From positions 2,332,436-2,396,435 of the forward strand of contig SMSO01000031.1 of assembly GCA_004764695.1 (NCBI GenBank): a stretch of DNA of 64,000 nt, in the 5' to 3' direction. Under the pieces are notes generated by a model. That model had not been told where the DNA came from and made no database searches. It saw only the letters and a program-made list of their open reading frames with translations. A program made the position numbers and the translations under genes. The stretch's first letter is position 1; each line of letters opens with the position of its first letter. The stretch comes from Schizochytrium sp. TIO01 (lineage: Eukaryota; Protista; Bigyra: Labyrinthulomycetes). Positions 61,540 through 64,000 of the stretch are shown in pieces.

Positions 61540-63047
61540 CCTTCTAAAGTATTCATTTGCCACGCATTCTGTATGTTGTTTATTTCTTTTCCATCTGGCG
61601 TGTCTTCCTCCTCTGGACGGCAGGAAAGTCCACAGAGGGAAAGATTGAGGGCTGAGAGAGAGGGAGAGGGAGTCAACAGCGATGTTTCGCGCAACCATAT
61701 GCTGCGCTGGCTCGTGTTTTTGCCGACGCCCGCTCGATCACCGACGAAGATGGTCCGCTGCTCAGACTTTGCGATGCTCTTGGCGTGGCGGCGTCGCGGA
61801 TGTTATTCCCATGTACTTTTCTATGTTATTGCTGTAGTATTTTCTTTGCAATCAATCAATTAATTATTTAATTTTATTATTGATCAACGGGAAATGTGCT
61901 TACTAACTCAACTTGGCTCCTTTTAAAATGTTAATCTAAAAAATTAATAAAGAATGAGCTGTTGTTATGTAAACAACACAAAATAAAATAAAAAAGAAGT
62001 AGAAAGGCTTTTTGTTCTTGTCTTCCTTGGTCTTTCTTCGTTCCTTCATCTGGCCACGCGCAATCCCCGCATTGAACGCGTACAGCTGGACAAGAAAAAA
62101 GGTTTTCCTATTCACAGAGAGACAGACGCATAGACTGAAAGACGCATAGACTCTGAAAGATGCATCGACTGAAAGACTCAGAATAGAGACTCTGACGCAC
62201 TCGATCTTTCATTCAAGGAATCGATTTAGTTTTGCCAATTCAACAAACAGACGAAGAAACAGACAGACAGACAGACAGATAGAGAGATGAGAAAGTCGCG
62301 CGAAGAACTCGGCGGCGAAAGATACTGAAAACAATAAGACTCGCTAGCTGCTTCTTGTTTCAAGTGTGAGGAGAATCGACGAAAACGATTAGCCCGAAAA
62401 AACATTTAGTCTGCTGAGGGCAGTCGAACAACAAATTAAATTTGTTTGTTTGTTTGTTTGATCATCGTAGGTGTAAAGGCAAAAGAAAGGTAAAGCACCG
62501 ACGGTCTGAGAAAGCGCGGAGAGGCTCTCTCCTTTCACGTTGGCCTGGCTGGCAGAAGTTTGTACTTTTGTTTTTTGGGATGACCTAATAGCCATCCCTA
62601 AAGGTGAACAGAATAGAGCAGATCCAATGGAATGCTGCTTATAAAATTCTAGTTAAGACTGATTGGTTAATTCATAAAACGAAAGCTGTTCGTGGGTTCG
62701 CGCTCGTTAAAGCAGCAATCAAATCAACCATCTGTTATGAGTAAGCCGGTCAAAACGGAGCCAAGCCGCCCAGGGCAACCTTCTGCATGGTACGATGCGT
62801 TGCCAAATCCAAGTTACTTGCGCTCGTATTCGTCGTTACGCCTTTGGAAATAGAAAAGTGGCAGACCTCGAGAAGCAAAGTTACCCTGTCGGAGCTCCAA
62901 GTGATGAATGATCGGGCGATCGATCGGATTGTTGATGCACACGACGTGCGACTTCATCATTTACGAACTATTCTCTTATGCAGAGAGAGTCCTTATTGGC
63001 TGTGAACAAAGAGGTAAGCCAAGTATCTTAAAAAAGGAACGTGCGAA

Positions 63048-63140
63048 TCACTCATTCACTCACTCAATCTCTCACTCACTCACTCACTCACTCACTCACT
63101 CACTCACTCACTCACTCACTCACTCACTCACTCACTCACT
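63048..63140. repeat. (CACT)n microsatellite
   Basis: Read directly. Confidence 0.95.
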
Positions 63141-63594
63141 TGCTCGCGTAGGGCTCATCCAGGCAAAAGTCTACTCACTTGCGTTCTTGAACAACCAAAA
63201 GAAGCTTTGAAAGACAGCAGCCGCTATTGCACTCTTACCCTTTGTACTAGCCGAGAGAGACGGCGTGACAGCAAACAAACAGCACAAACAAGTGAGAGCG
63301 ACTTTGAACTGTCCGAAGTTAACTTCAGAGTACCTTGATTCATTCCTTCGCTTATTCATTCCTTCATTCATTCTGCGTTCGGCCCCAACTAAACTAAACA
63401 GTGCGCAGCTCCGATCAGTCAGGTTCGAGGCCTCTTCTCCGCGAGCATAAGCCGCGCTTATTGGGGCTCTGAGGGGCAAAAGCGCAGGAGAAAGAAGCCA
63501 AGGAAAGCAGCCTAGTTTTGCAAAACTTGAAAAGGAAGCAGCAAAGCGCCCCAGGCGGCGCACACCTCGCCATCAAAACGAGCGCGCCGTGGCA

Positions 63595-63634
63595 GAAGAA
63601 GAAGAAGAAGAAGAAGAAGAAGAAGAAGAAGAAG
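63595..63634. repeat. (GAA)n trinucleotide microsatellite
   Basis: Read directly. Confidence 0.95.
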
Positions 63635-64000
63635 GAGACGGCTCTCCCCGGAGTTTTACTACAATTCTATGGACCAAAGCCGAAGAAAAGGCTTCGAAGC
63701 AAGAACAGTGTGCAAACGAGACGGAACTCTGAGGCGCTGTCGCTGAGTGGGAGAACTTGAAGAGGCCAGGTGTTTAATTTATGATCGAATTATTGAAAGC
63801 TATTGAACACTAAGGGATATAAGTACAAGAAGAGAAATATACATATGAAGGAGATGGCGAAACGTGACGTGAGAAGGAGCGATGAAACTAAAAGATAACC
63901 AAAGAAGAAGAATACACAACTATTGTTGTAGTCGTAAACATCATCTTTCCCGCAGCGGCTTTGAAGAGGAAAACATGATTTAGTTAATGTTGTTTTTCTG

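Noticed and set aside
61620-61640. GGAAAGTCC resembling the RNase P/MRP CR-I motif
   Set aside because: No complementary P4 partner or CR-V motif at a suitable distance.

Overview
Eukaryotic nuclear DNA: GT-AG introns, few introns per gene, and long intergenic tracts rich in microsatellites. The gene content (flagellar-type WD40 protein, selenocysteine usage, H1 without a globular domain) fits a flagellated protist, plausibly a stramenopile such as a thraustochytrid; this taxonomy is inference only. About seven protein-coding genes are supported: a Lys/Ala/Pro-rich histone-H1-like protein, a selenoprotein H homologue, the two-exon RNA polymerase I largest subunit, a polyQ C2H2 zinc-finger factor, a 1746-aa LRR-IQ-WW-B-box-WW-R3H-like protein, a two-exon CFAP52/WDR16-like WD40 protein, and a Ser-Pro-rich orphan. 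The main result is a selenocysteine-recoding unit that the ORF track hides. Two apparently separate ORFs (12638..13126 and 12392..12601, minus strand) are one frame joined through an in-frame UGA in a CxxU motif. A SECIS hairpin with an unusually long apical extension lies about 330 nt into the 3' UTR, and the redox domain is fused to an H1-like basic N-terminal arm. Other points: a possible Tudor/SH3-like insertion in the Pol I foot region, and a WW array with repeating S/T-P-R linkers. No tRNA, rRNA, CRISPR array or intact transposon could be supported. Positions 1-10.4 kb, 25-33 kb and 44.4-64 kb have no recognisable genes.
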